In this document: positions 1 through 9,104 of the stretch, in pieces
How positions within the stretch are numbered: position 1 is the first letter of the stretch
Layout: each line of letters starts with the position of its first letter
DNA from: Candidatus Latescibacterota bacterium
Lineage (GTDB): Bacteria > Latescibacterota > UBA2968 > UBA8231
Direction: 5' to 3'
Length of the DNA: 64,000 bases
Assembly: GCA_965200315.1 (NCBI GenBank)
Contig: OZ241362.1
Coordinates: 3,680,001-3,744,000, forward strand
The notes under the pieces: model-generated
Databases searched by the model: none
Seen by the model: only the letters and a program-made list of their open reading frames with translations
What the model was told of the DNA's origin: nothing
Position numbers and translations under genes: made by a program

Positions 1-1698
1 TTCCTTTCGGCCGATGGCGTCGAGGAGATTCGCCTGCGCTACGACTTTGACAGCCCGGCCTTTGTCAACCGCGCTTCGGGCACCAAAGAAGAAATCAAAA
101 AGGTCGAGTTTCGCCTCGTGCTGGGCAACGACTATCAGGTTTGGGTCACCTCCGACAGCCAGCTCAACGCCGGTGGCGAGTCCGTGCTCTTGCTCGTTGC
201 CCAAGCCGAGGGCAATGTCCGAGACAACACCAATTTGCAGATCGTCAGTTTCGACTACGGCCTGCCGACTTCCACCCAGATCTGGGGAGCAACCCTAGAG
301 CTGCAACAGGTCCTCGGCTTCGACTTCTACGGCGAGTACGACCTGAACTACAACTACACCAAGTACCCCAATGTAGTCGCCAAAACCCACACCACCTTCT
401 CGGGCATCCGCGGCGACCGCGCCGCGGCCGCGTGGATGATGAACCTCTCGCGGGTCGCGTTTCCCTTCTTCTTCTTTGGCGAGGCATACAGCATGGACCC
501 TCGCTATTCCACCCGCACGTTCACCGCGCAAGGCGATGGCTTTATCGACTACGAGGACGAACGCATCCACGTCGTCGAACTGGTCGAGGACAACGACGAC
601 CAAGACGAATTTCCCGATACCGTGCGCAAGGACTGGCAGACCGGCGATCCGAGCGTCTTCCCCGGCTGGGACGAGAACAACGACTTCATCTCGGATTTCA
701 ACCAGAACGACAACCGCTTCTTGAGCAACCTCATCCCAGACTACGAGGAGCCATTCCTGCGCCACAACGTCGATCGGCCCGAATTCCTCTTCGGCATCGA
801 CCTGAACAACAACCTGTGGGTCGATCGCTTTGAAAACGACGAACTGCCCGACTATCCCTACAAGAGGGATCACCAAGGGTACAACGTTTACGGCGGCTTC
901 CACTTCACCCCCGAGCTGCGGCTGATGGTCGGCGTCTTGCGCGAGGATCTCATTTCTTCCAACCAAAAAAACCACGCCAATTACGTCCTACTGACCCTCG
1001 ACCGCGACACCCCTGATTGGGGTCGCTTCCGCGTCTTTGAGATGCTCAAATCCACTACCGACGACATTCCCGACGACCTCTTGCAGTGGCTGCCCAACGC
1101 CAATATCCGCACCGGTGAACCAACCAAAGTCGAGGATCCTCTCATCGCGCGCGACGCTTGGATCAACAGCCTGTGGGTCGGCCACGACTACAAGCTGGGC
1201 GGCCTGCTGACGGCCAATTACCTCAAATACGACTTGTATCACCAGCGGCTCAGCGCCAATGAGCGCGCGCTGTTGGGCCTGCGCGAGCGCGATTTTTTCT
1301 TTGGCCTAATCAACAAAATCAGCTACCGCTTCGACTTTGGGCACCTGTGGCTGGAGCCGCGCTGGAAAAGCGAGTACCGCCGCCAGAGCCGCGACCTGAT
1401 TTCGGCTGATGAACGCACCGAACTGGCCGAGATAGGCGGCTTCGTCCTCGGTTTTCCCCTGCTCAGCCACACGACCCTGCTGAGCGGGCTAGAGATGACC
1501 TTCCTCAACGACATGAAGCGCGACTCCAACGACTTCAACGGCCTAGTCTGGGCCTTGCAGTTGTCCAATATCTCCGATTATCTCGGCTACAAAGTCACGA
1601 CCCACGCGGGCATGAAAATCGACCGCCGCCAGCCCCGAGGCGAGGACGCCGTGATTATCAATCAGATCTTTATTTCCATCTACGCGGGCTTGCAATAA
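1..1698 (+). CDS. Large hypothetical, probably outer-membrane protein (5' end outside window)
   Basis: Frame is open from base 1 to 1698. Ca-binding-like DxNxN motifs (DENNDFISD, DLNNNLWVD). Amphipathic beta-strand-like C-terminal third ending IFISIYAGLQ. Confidence 0.7.
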   Translation, partial: FLSADGVEEIRLRYDFDSPAFVNRASGTKEEIKKVEFRLVLGNDYQVWVTSDSQLNAGGESVLLLVAQAEGNVRDNTNLQIVSFDYGLPTSTQIWGATLELQQVLGFDFYGEYDLNYNYTKYPNVVAKTHTTFSGIRGDRAAAAWMMNLSRVAFPFFFFGEAYSMDPRYSTRTFTAQGDGFIDYEDERIHVVELVEDNDDQDEFPDTVRKDWQTGDPSVFPGWDENNDFISDFNQNDNRFLSNLIPDYEEPFLRHNVDRPEFLFGIDLNNNLWVDRFENDELPDYPYKRDHQGYNVYGGFHFTPELRLMVGVLREDLISSNQKNHANYVLLTLDRDTPDWGRFRVFEMLKSTTDDIPDDLLQWLPNANIRTGEPTKVEDPLIARDAWINSLWVGHDYKLGGLLTANYLKYDLYHQRLSANERALLGLRERDFFFGLINKISYRFDFGHLWLEPRWKSEYRRQSRDLISADERTELAEIGGFVLGFPLLSHTTLLSGLEMTFLNDMKRDSNDFNGLVWALQLSNISDYLGYKVTTHAGMKIDRRQPRGEDAVIINQIFISIYAGLQ

Positions 1699-1711
1699 GC
1701 GTACAGCACCA

Positions 1712-3955
1712 ATGGCTAGACGCTGGATGTTTATGGGGGTGGTGGCCGTTTTCGCGCTCGCCTTCTCTGTGCGCCTGTACTACCTCCACGAAATACGCGT
1801 CAGCCCGCTTTTCACCGCGCCCGTCGTCGATGCCCGCACCTATACCGAGGAGGCTCGCTACCTCAGCGAAATCTCCTTTGCGGGTCGGCCCGCACCCTTT
1901 TGGCAACCGCCGCTCTACCCAGTTCTGCTCGGCGTCCTCTTTGCCTTCGCCGGAGACGACCTCTACCTGCCGCGACTCATCCAAGCCGTCATTGGCGCAC
2001 TCGTCTGCGTCCTCATCTGCCTGTTGGGATACCGGGGCTTTGGCGCGGGGGTCGGGCTCGGGGCGGGTTTTGCCGCAGCGTTATACGGTCCCCTCATCTA
2101 CTTTGGCGGCGAGTTGCTGCCAACCCTGCTGGCCTGTTGCCTCAACTTGCTCGTGCTGCTGCTCGCAGTCGGCACGGGCGGTTGGGCGCGCTGGCTAGCA
2201 GCCGGCGTGCTGCTGGGCCTGTCCGCGCTCGCCGTGGCCAACGTGCTGCTCTGTGCGCCGGTGCTGTTGGGCTATCTCTACTGGCGGCAGCGACAGCTTC
2301 GCCCGCCCGCTTTTCTGCTTTTGGGCTGCGCGCTGGTCATCGCGCCGGTCGCGTATCGCAACTGGGCGGTCGGCGGCGATAGCGTGCTCATCTCGCACAA
2401 CGCGGGCATCAACTTTTACATCGGCAACAACGCCGACTACGAACAAACGACCCGCATCCGCCCGGGACGGGATTGGGTCGAGCTGGTGGAAATGCCCGAG
2501 CGCCGCGCCGGCATTGAGCAGCCTTCGGCCAAGTCGCGCTATTTTTTTGCCCAATCTTGGCAATACATAACCTCCGAGCCGCTCGATTTCTTGGGCTTGC
2601 TGGCTTACAAGGGATATCTGTTCCTGCGCGGCGACGAAATCCCGCGCAATCGCGACCTCTACTTCGCCCGCAACGACTCCTCGCTTTTGTCGATCCTGCT
2701 GTGGAAAAAGGGGCTGGCGTTTCCCTTCGGCTTGGTCGCGCCGCTGGCTCTTTTGGGACTTTTTGTTTTTCTCCGTTCCCCCGAGCCTCCCGAGGGGCGC
2801 TTGCTGGTGCTCTTTGTGGTTTGCTATGCACTTTCCGTGGTTCTGTTTTTCGTCACCGCACGCTATCGCCTGCCAGCCGTGCCGGTGCTGTTGCTGTTTG
2901 CAGCTTATGGGGTACGCTTCCTGTGGCACCGGACTTCGGTGAGCTCAGTCGAGTCGTCGAAGCCTTGGCCCGCGTTCGCCGCGGTTGCCGCGCTCTTGAT
3001 CTTTTGCAATGTGGCCACGGGCGCGATGGACCGAGAGGGCAATGCCCACGAGCACTACTATCTCGGCTATGCCTACGAGCAACGGGACATGCCGGCCCAC
3101 GCTGCCCGCCACTACCGCCGCGCCATTGACCGCGACCCTACCTTCGCCGAACCACTCCTTGCACTCGCGGCACTCCACGGCGAGGCCGAGCGCTACGGCA
3201 AGGCCATCGACCTCTATCGGTGCTATCTTAAAACGCAGCCCCACGACGCGGACGTGCGCTTTCTCCTCGGCCACACCGCACTGCTCGCTCGGCGCTACGA
3301 CGAGGCTGCGGCCGCGTACGACGAGGTCGCAGCAGCGCGGCCCAATTGGGCGGCCGCGCACGGCGGCCTCGGCTACGCCCTCCTGATGGCAGACCAACCC
3401 CAACGCGCCGCCCGAGCTTATAGCCGTACGCTCGAACTAAACCCAGACTCGACGCTCGTGCGCTATCAACTGGCCCGCCTGTACGCGGAGCAGGGACAAA
3501 ACCGCGCGGCCATCGCCGAGTTTGAGCAACTCGTGCAGCGCGAGCCGCACGTATCCGAATATCCAACCCGCCTCGCCGACTTGCTCATCCAACTCGAACA
3601 AGGGACGGGCATGGCCCTCGGGCAGACCGCCCGACTAGCGGAAGCCGAAAAACTCTTGCGCCGCGCCATCGCGCTCGGCTCTAAGGCCGCGCATCCCCAT
3701 TGGAGCTTGGGTATGCTCTACGCCTGCCAAGGGCGCTATGCAGAGGCCGTGCCCCTGTTTGAGCACTTGCTCCAGATCGCTCCGCGCGACTTTCAAGCCC
3801 ATCTATTCCTCGGGCACCTCTACCAACGCAGCGGACGCCAAGCCGATGCGGACGCTCAATTCGCGGCCTTTAGCCGCAGCCAGCGCGCCTACCGCATGGA
3901 AAAAGTGGCACGTCGGGAAATGGAAGCCCAGATCGAACAAATTTTCGGCGGTTGA
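1712..3955 (+). CDS. GT-C (family 39/PMT-like) membrane glycosyltransferase with C-terminal TPRs
   Basis: Many TM segments. VDARTY, PPLYP, GINFYIGNN and ARYRLP motifs. Several TPRs in the last ~300 aa. Confidence 0.8.
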   Translation: MARRWMFMGVVAVFALAFSVRLYYLHEIRVSPLFTAPVVDARTYTEEARYLSEISFAGRPAPFWQPPLYPVLLGVLFAFAGDDLYLPRLIQAVIGALVCVLICLLGYRGFGAGVGLGAGFAAALYGPLIYFGGELLPTLLACCLNLLVLLLAVGTGGWARWLAAGVLLGLSALAVANVLLCAPVLLGYLYWRQRQLRPPAFLLLGCALVIAPVAYRNWAVGGDSVLISHNAGINFYIGNNADYEQTTRIRPGRDWVELVEMPERRAGIEQPSAKSRYFFAQSWQYITSEPLDFLGLLAYKGYLFLRGDEIPRNRDLYFARNDSSLLSILLWKKGLAFPFGLVAPLALLGLFVFLRSPEPPEGRLLVLFVVCYALSVVLFFVTARYRLPAVPVLLLFAAYGVRFLWHRTSVSSVESSKPWPAFAAVAALLIFCNVATGAMDREGNAHEHYYLGYAYEQRDMPAHAARHYRRAIDRDPTFAEPLLALAALHGEAERYGKAIDLYRCYLKTQPHDADVRFLLGHTALLARRYDEAAAAYDEVAAARPNWAAAHGGLGYALLMADQPQRAARAYSRTLELNPDSTLVRYQLARLYAEQGQNRAAIAEFEQLVQREPHVSEYPTRLADLLIQLEQGTGMALGQTARLAEAEKLLRRAIALGSKAAHPHWSLGMLYACQGRYAEAVPLFEHLLQIAPRDFQAHLFLGHLYQRSGRQADADAQFAAFSRSQRAYRMEKVARREMEAQIEQIFGG

Positions 3956-3989
3956 TCCGCAGAAAGCGATTTCTCGATGCACAACGCGA

Positions 3990-4181
3990 GCCGCTGGGCC
4001 GTTTTCGGGCTGTTCTTTTTTTTGGAGCCTGCGCCTTCATCTATCAAATCACTTGGATGCGGCTCTTGATGCAGCAGCAAGTGACCGAGTGCGCCAAGCC
4101 CTCGCCGCTGATTCCACGGACGGACGCGTGTGGAACAACCTCGGCACGGCCTTTCTCAAGCAGCGGCAGTTCGCCGAGTAG
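3990..4181 (+). pseudogene. Remnants of a membrane/TPR gene (spermidine-synthase-like membrane N-terminus plus one TPR)
   Basis: LFFGACAFIYQITWMRLL in one frame, then RQALAADSTDGRVWNNLGTAFLKQRQFAE* in another frame. Confidence 0.45.
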
Positions 4182-4433
4182 ATGCCGGATCAACCGCCGC
4201 CGTCCTTCTGGGGTCAGGATCTCGGCCATGTCGCAGTCTAGTCTTACGCCGACGAATCCGACGAGTCCCTTGCTCAGTACGGCTTTGCTCCTCTTGGAGT
4301 GTTTCACCGCGTCTCCCAATAAACCCTTCCTAATGCTACGACTCACATCCTTAGAAGGGCCCCCCGCAACAAAAGCCACTTCGTTGATGGAAAGTTCGCG
4401 TTCTCCCAATGGTGTGATCTTCGCGTCATTCAT
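4180..4433 (-). pseudogene. Truncated HTH-like protein resembling the N-terminus of DUF433-type antitoxins
   Basis: RBS and ATG at 4433; LSINEVAFVAGGPSKDVSRSI...LTPEGRRRLIRHL. Below ~4180 the ORF (to 4044) is only the antisense of the TPR remnant. Confidence 0.4.
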
Positions 4434-4461
4434 ATTGCCCCCCTCTCGATCTCCAGCCGTT

Positions 4462-5839
4462 TTACCTTAGCTTGCGCTCTTCCTTTTCAATAATTTCCAG
4501 TTGCGCCTCTATTGCGGCGTAGTACTCGGTCAGCGGTTCCACGTTCATCAGCACATCAACACCTTGCTGCTGGCAGTTGGTGAATATAATCATACCACCT
4601 TCCGCCGGTTCCTCCACGTCCTGCACTGCTTCATCAAGGTCCGCATAGAAGGAGCGATAGTCTTTGCGCTCGGTCTTCAGTTTCCTAGACGCCATTCTGT
4701 AAAATGTGGTCTTTGCACTTGGAAATACCATTCGCTTGAAGAAGCCCTCCTCGGCGATACCCTCGGCCGCAACTGCTAGGTGCTGCTCAAAAAACGAGTC
4801 CATAGCACCTACGACATCATGGTATAGCTCTACAAATGCATCTCGAAACTCGGTAGCCAGATACTGAATATCCTCAATAGCTCGCCGAAGGTGGCGTTCC
4901 TTGAACCACCCGCTGATCCCCTTGCCAGTAAAGATGCCGACCAAACTACCTAGTACTGGTAGGACAACGGTTGATAGGCCACCGGGCACGGGTGCCAACG
5001 CTAGCCCCCAACCAAGACCAGCCGTGCTGCCGAGCCAACCACCCACACCGCTGGCAGCCGTGTCGAGCGCGGTATGTTCGGCCGCGGTCTTCATGTCTAT
5101 ATCGCCTTTGTGCAATTTATGGATATTCTTACCTGCGTTGATGACCAACGAAATGAAGGGGATGCTATCGATTCCATCTCCGAGGTCGGTAATCCCCTCA
5201 AAGGTATCTTCTGTGTAGTCAAACACTTCCTGAGACGAGAGTTCGGGAAGGACTACGACACGAGGATTATCGGGGAAGGCATCTGCCATTTCTCGATTTG
5301 TGATTACGTCAATATCTGGATGTTTGTCGAGGTGTTCTTGGATGTAGTAAGAGTTGTCTGTGATCTTAACATTATATGGTTTTCCTTCTACCATAAGGTC
5401 CAGTCCCTCGGCGGTGCCCGACTCTTGAATCTCGACGTTATAGCCGTACTCGCGAAGGTGCTCAGCCACCTTCGCCTCGCCGGTGTAGCCCTTGTATTTG
5501 TCAATCATCTGTCGCCAAGCTTTTTCCCCCGACTCGGACTTGATGATAAAACGTTTCATGAAGGCCATGAGATCGCCAAGATCGTCGAAGTCTTGTGCGT
5601 GGTGCAGATGGGCCATCCCCTTCAGAGCACTGGGATCCATTCGCATCGTGTTGTAGAGCACATCGAACGTGCTTACACCTGTCACGAAAGCTCCGTCCAC
5701 TCCTACATTCCCTTGCGACACGCTCCCGTAGCGAACCGTCAACTTGGAGCGTCTTGGTAAGAAAGGCCCGCTGGTGCCACCGACGAATGTATGAGACGAC
5801 GCCCACAACACCAGCTATCGAGATGAGTATGATTTCCAC
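4462..5839 (-). CDS. Membrane-anchored protein with PD-(D/E)XK-like motif and glycine-zipper hairpin; frameshift near 5712
   Basis: GTG at 5839 begins a TM segment (MEIILISIAGVVGVVSYIRRW) in one frame. The body (GYTGEAKV..GLDLMVEGKPYNVK; GVGGWLGSTAGLGWG..GSLVGIFTG) is in the adjacent frame. Lower GC than flanks. Confidence 0.6.
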
Positions 5840-5864
5840 AATAGCTTCTCTTTCGTTTTTTGCT

Positions 5865-6842
5865 TCACAACGCGGATTCGTTCAGCCGGTCGGCAAAATT
5901 TTGCACCGCCTTTGCGATGCGCGTCCGGCACTTCATGGCCGCGGCAAAGGCCCTCTTCTCTCGCTCGGAAGGGGTTCCGTCTTTCTCGTGGACAGCCTCG
6001 CGCAAATCGTTGAGCATCCGCACGGCCGCGACGCGGCCACTCGTCGCAAGTTGCCCGACCTGGGCCCGTTTGATTTCATCCGCCCACAACGCCAACGTTT
6101 GCACGAGGCACTGCCCAGCACGGACGCATTCGGCTGCCGAGACTGGCACCTCTGGATAGTCGCTTCTGTGATCGCGCCTCGTGTCGCCGTTCAACGCGCG
6201 CAGACGACCGGCCAAACGCTGGAGGTACTCTCGGCCCTGCTCGCTGGTCTGCTGGTTTTCAATCTGCTGCGCCAGCAGGATCATATCATGGGTTCTGTGC
6301 GGATGGATTCCCTGCCGGGCGAGTACGCCCTTGCCAACCCGCTCGGCAGCGTCTGCGGTCGCCGCGCCGAAACTATCGCAAGCCGTGCTTGTCAGCACCC
6401 AATCGCTTGTACTCGCGGCCACTTGTAGCTGCATGACGGCCTCCACCGCATGTCCCAGCGCCCCGGCCATCCACTTTTTGTAATCTTCCTCGGTCATCAC
6501 TAGACTTCCTTCGATCAGCGGCCTCTCCCAATGGCCTGCGAGCAAGGTTCCGTCACGGACGATTTCGCATTCGACCGCCCCGAGCGCGTTCGCACGCCGC
6601 CGAATGCGCTCGGCTGTCAGCACCGGAATATCGGCGTAGGCTAGGTCGAACAGCGGTAGGCCGTCCGGGCGCGGCCCGCTGCGGGCCGTGATAATCGCGA
6701 TATCCCAGTCGCTGTCCGGGCGGTGTTCGCCGCGGGCGCGAGAACCGAACAGCACGGCGGCCTGCGCGGCCGGCCACTGGCGCAGCGTTTCCTCGGCCGC
6801 ACGGCGGACGCGCGCTCGTTGCTGGGCTTCTGCGCTATCCAT
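5865..6842 (-). CDS. Fused minimal nucleotidyltransferase (MNT)-HEPN protein
   Basis: LFGSRARGEHRPDSDWDIA (MNT GS..DxD). AERVGKGVL..HPHRTHDM..RRDHRSDYP (HEPN-like). Confidence 0.75.
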   Translation of the reverse strand: MDSAEAQQRARVRRAAEETLRQWPAAQAAVLFGSRARGEHRPDSDWDIAIITARSGPRPDGLPLFDLAYADIPVLTAERIRRRANALGAVECEIVRDGTLLAGHWERPLIEGSLVMTEEDYKKWMAGALGHAVEAVMQLQVAASTSDWVLTSTACDSFGAATADAAERVGKGVLARQGIHPHRTHDMILLAQQIENQQTSEQGREYLQRLAGRLRALNGDTRRDHRSDYPEVPVSAAECVRAGQCLVQTLALWADEIKRAQVGQLATSGRVAAVRMLNDLREAVHEKDGTPSEREKRAFAAAMKCRTRIAKAVQNFADRLNESAL

Positions 6843-6848
6843 GATTTC

Positions 6849-8939
6849 TCAATATGCCACTCCGACGACGCGGCTCTGCTCGGCGTCACCCGAATCCCCG
6901 GAGACAAAGACGCGGGCCACGTACAGGCCCGGAGGAACCGGCTGGCCTTGGTCGTCGCGGCCGTCCCACGCTTTGTCTGTGTAGCGGCCATTGGCCTCTT
7001 CGCCGGCAAAGAGAACGCGCACGCGCTGGCCGCTCAAGTCGTAGAGCGCGACCTCAACTGGTCGCGGGGTGCTCAGTGCCAGCAGGCTATAGTGGATGAT
7101 CGCCTCGTCGTTGATGCCGTCGCCATTGGGGGTAAAGGGATTGGGCGCGGCCTGCACTTGGCCCAATAGCTGCCCTTCGGCCAACACGGACGGGCTGAGC
7201 ACCGTGGTACCGGAAAAGGCGTCCTCGTCGCCAGTGCCCAAAAAGGCCACATTGCCCGGGTCGATGACTTGGGCGGCGCCCGGCTCGGTCGTCAGTCGCA
7301 CCGCAGCCGTGAAGTTGGTGCTGTACGTCAGCACGTTGGTCTGGAAGCGGATATGCACCTGAGTCTGGTCGTCGGTCACCACGGGGAAGCGCACGGCAAA
7401 GCGGTCGTCGGCAACCTCGGCAATGGCGAACTCCTCGCTGGCCGCGTCGAGGCTGTCGAATTGGTGCTCAGCCACAACCGCGCCAGCACCATCCATAATC
7501 TGCACTGCGTCGATGCTCGACACCCGCGCTGGCGTGTCGATCTCAATGGTGTCGAAGCCGCGCAGGCTGTCTGCACCCATAGCGGCGCGCGTGGCAAAGG
7601 TAAAGGGCACTTCCTCAGACACCTGTACCTCGCGTGGAAAGACCTCGCCGACCAAAGCGTCGGCAAACGGCGGCGTCAGCAAGTCGAAGCTCAGCGACTT
7701 GATCGCCCGCGCGGCCTCTAGGTCGCTGCTGTTAAAAACCACCTCAAACTGCATGTAGCGACGCGGGCTGGGCGAGACAATGGGCAGGCCCGGGCCGTTG
7801 GCCGCGTCAGCCGGATACGGCGTACTGAAGGGACTCCAATTGATCAGGTCGTCGGTCACGGCCCCGGCCATCCACTCGCGGCCGGCCGCGTCGGTAATGG
7901 GCGTCTGACCGGCCTTTTGGGGAAATTTTCGATACTCGGCTAGGCCCATCTCCTCCCCGGGGTTTTCCAGCGAAAACGGGATGTCCTCGGCGTCTTGCTT
8001 GCCGCGCAGCCGGCGGGTGTACACAAAGGGCGAGGTGTCTGTGCCGGTGCGCGTGCGGATCTGCGCGCTGGAGAAGCGCGGATCGCCCAACACCTCTTCC
8101 CCCCAGCGCAAAGTGCCCCACACGGCGGGTTGCCCGGCGTCGAAGATGTCCGACACGTACAGGGCCCGCGACAGAAAACCCTTGCCGAAAACCTCGATCT
8201 CGTCGATCTCAAAATCTACCGGCGAAGTAGCCCGCAAGCGCAGATGCTGGACATAGCGCGGTGGGTCGAGCGGCACGTCGATAACCGCGACTTGGTTGTC
8301 GGTTTCGGCAATGAGCGACCTCCAGATAGGCGTGTTTTCGCTGGTCAGGTTCAGGCCGTCGTTGGTAAATAGCTCATACGCCCGCAGGTAGTCGTTTTGG
8401 AAGGGGGTTGAAGGCGAAGACACGACCGTATTGCGCGGATAGATGCGGATGCGCTCCACCCCAAAGCGCGCTCCTAAATTGAGCAGCACTAGGATGCCGA
8501 GAGAATTCTGATTCTTGCGCTCAAAGGCCAACAGCTCTCCGCCCGGCTCGTCCGAGAGCAGTTCCTTTAACATCATCTCCAAGTCGAGCGGCTTGAACGT
8601 GCCGCTAAAGTCGAAGACATTGGGCGAATCGATGTTGCCGCCGCGCTCAATGGTGCCGACGGCCACGTTGTCCCCTTCGGCAATGCGCAGGGGTAGGATG
8701 CTGTGGGGAAAGTCGTCGCGGGCGAATTCGATTAAGTCGCCGGGTGCGTTGCCCACTAACAGGTTGTTGGGGTCTAAGGGCGAGCGATGCTCGGCGTCAA
8801 TGGTGGTGACGACAGCCTCGCCTTCGCCCTGCCAGTCCAAATCGCCGCCCTCCCCAATCGAGACCGCGTCGAGAGCCAAACTTCCCCGCGGCAGCCACAG
8901 CAATAAGACGAGGCCGACCGCGGCACAATGCGCTTTCAT
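6849..8939 (-). CDS. Secreted protein with C-terminal FlgD-Ig/T9SS-CTD-like domain
   Basis: GGAGG RBS before ATG 8939 and a signal peptide. C-terminus NPFTPNGDGINDE..YDLSGQRVRVL..WDGRDDQGQPVPPGLY..VGVAY. Confidence 0.8.
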   Translation of the reverse strand: MKAHCAAVGLVLLLWLPRGSLALDAVSIGEGGDLDWQGEGEAVVTTIDAEHRSPLDPNNLLVGNAPGDLIEFARDDFPHSILPLRIAEGDNVAVGTIERGGNIDSPNVFDFSGTFKPLDLEMMLKELLSDEPGGELLAFERKNQNSLGILVLLNLGARFGVERIRIYPRNTVVSSPSTPFQNDYLRAYELFTNDGLNLTSENTPIWRSLIAETDNQVAVIDVPLDPPRYVQHLRLRATSPVDFEIDEIEVFGKGFLSRALYVSDIFDAGQPAVWGTLRWGEEVLGDPRFSSAQIRTRTGTDTSPFVYTRRLRGKQDAEDIPFSLENPGEEMGLAEYRKFPQKAGQTPITDAAGREWMAGAVTDDLINWSPFSTPYPADAANGPGLPIVSPSPRRYMQFEVVFNSSDLEAARAIKSLSFDLLTPPFADALVGEVFPREVQVSEEVPFTFATRAAMGADSLRGFDTIEIDTPARVSSIDAVQIMDGAGAVVAEHQFDSLDAASEEFAIAEVADDRFAVRFPVVTDDQTQVHIRFQTNVLTYSTNFTAAVRLTTEPGAAQVIDPGNVAFLGTGDEDAFSGTTVLSPSVLAEGQLLGQVQAAPNPFTPNGDGINDEAIIHYSLLALSTPRPVEVALYDLSGQRVRVLFAGEEANGRYTDKAWDGRDDQGQPVPPGLYVARVFVSGDSGDAEQSRVVGVAY

Positions 8940-9104
8940 AAAAACCTCCGTGCCATTTGCCGCATAAAACAACCAAAGTACAGGTATAAATCAAGTTCAT
9001 CCGAACTTGCTAAACCGCCCACTTCTTTTTTTATATAGCAACCCGGAATGCTTCTTGTGCGTCCATCTGCGGATTATCTTGTATGTAAATAAGGAAGAGA
9101 CCCC

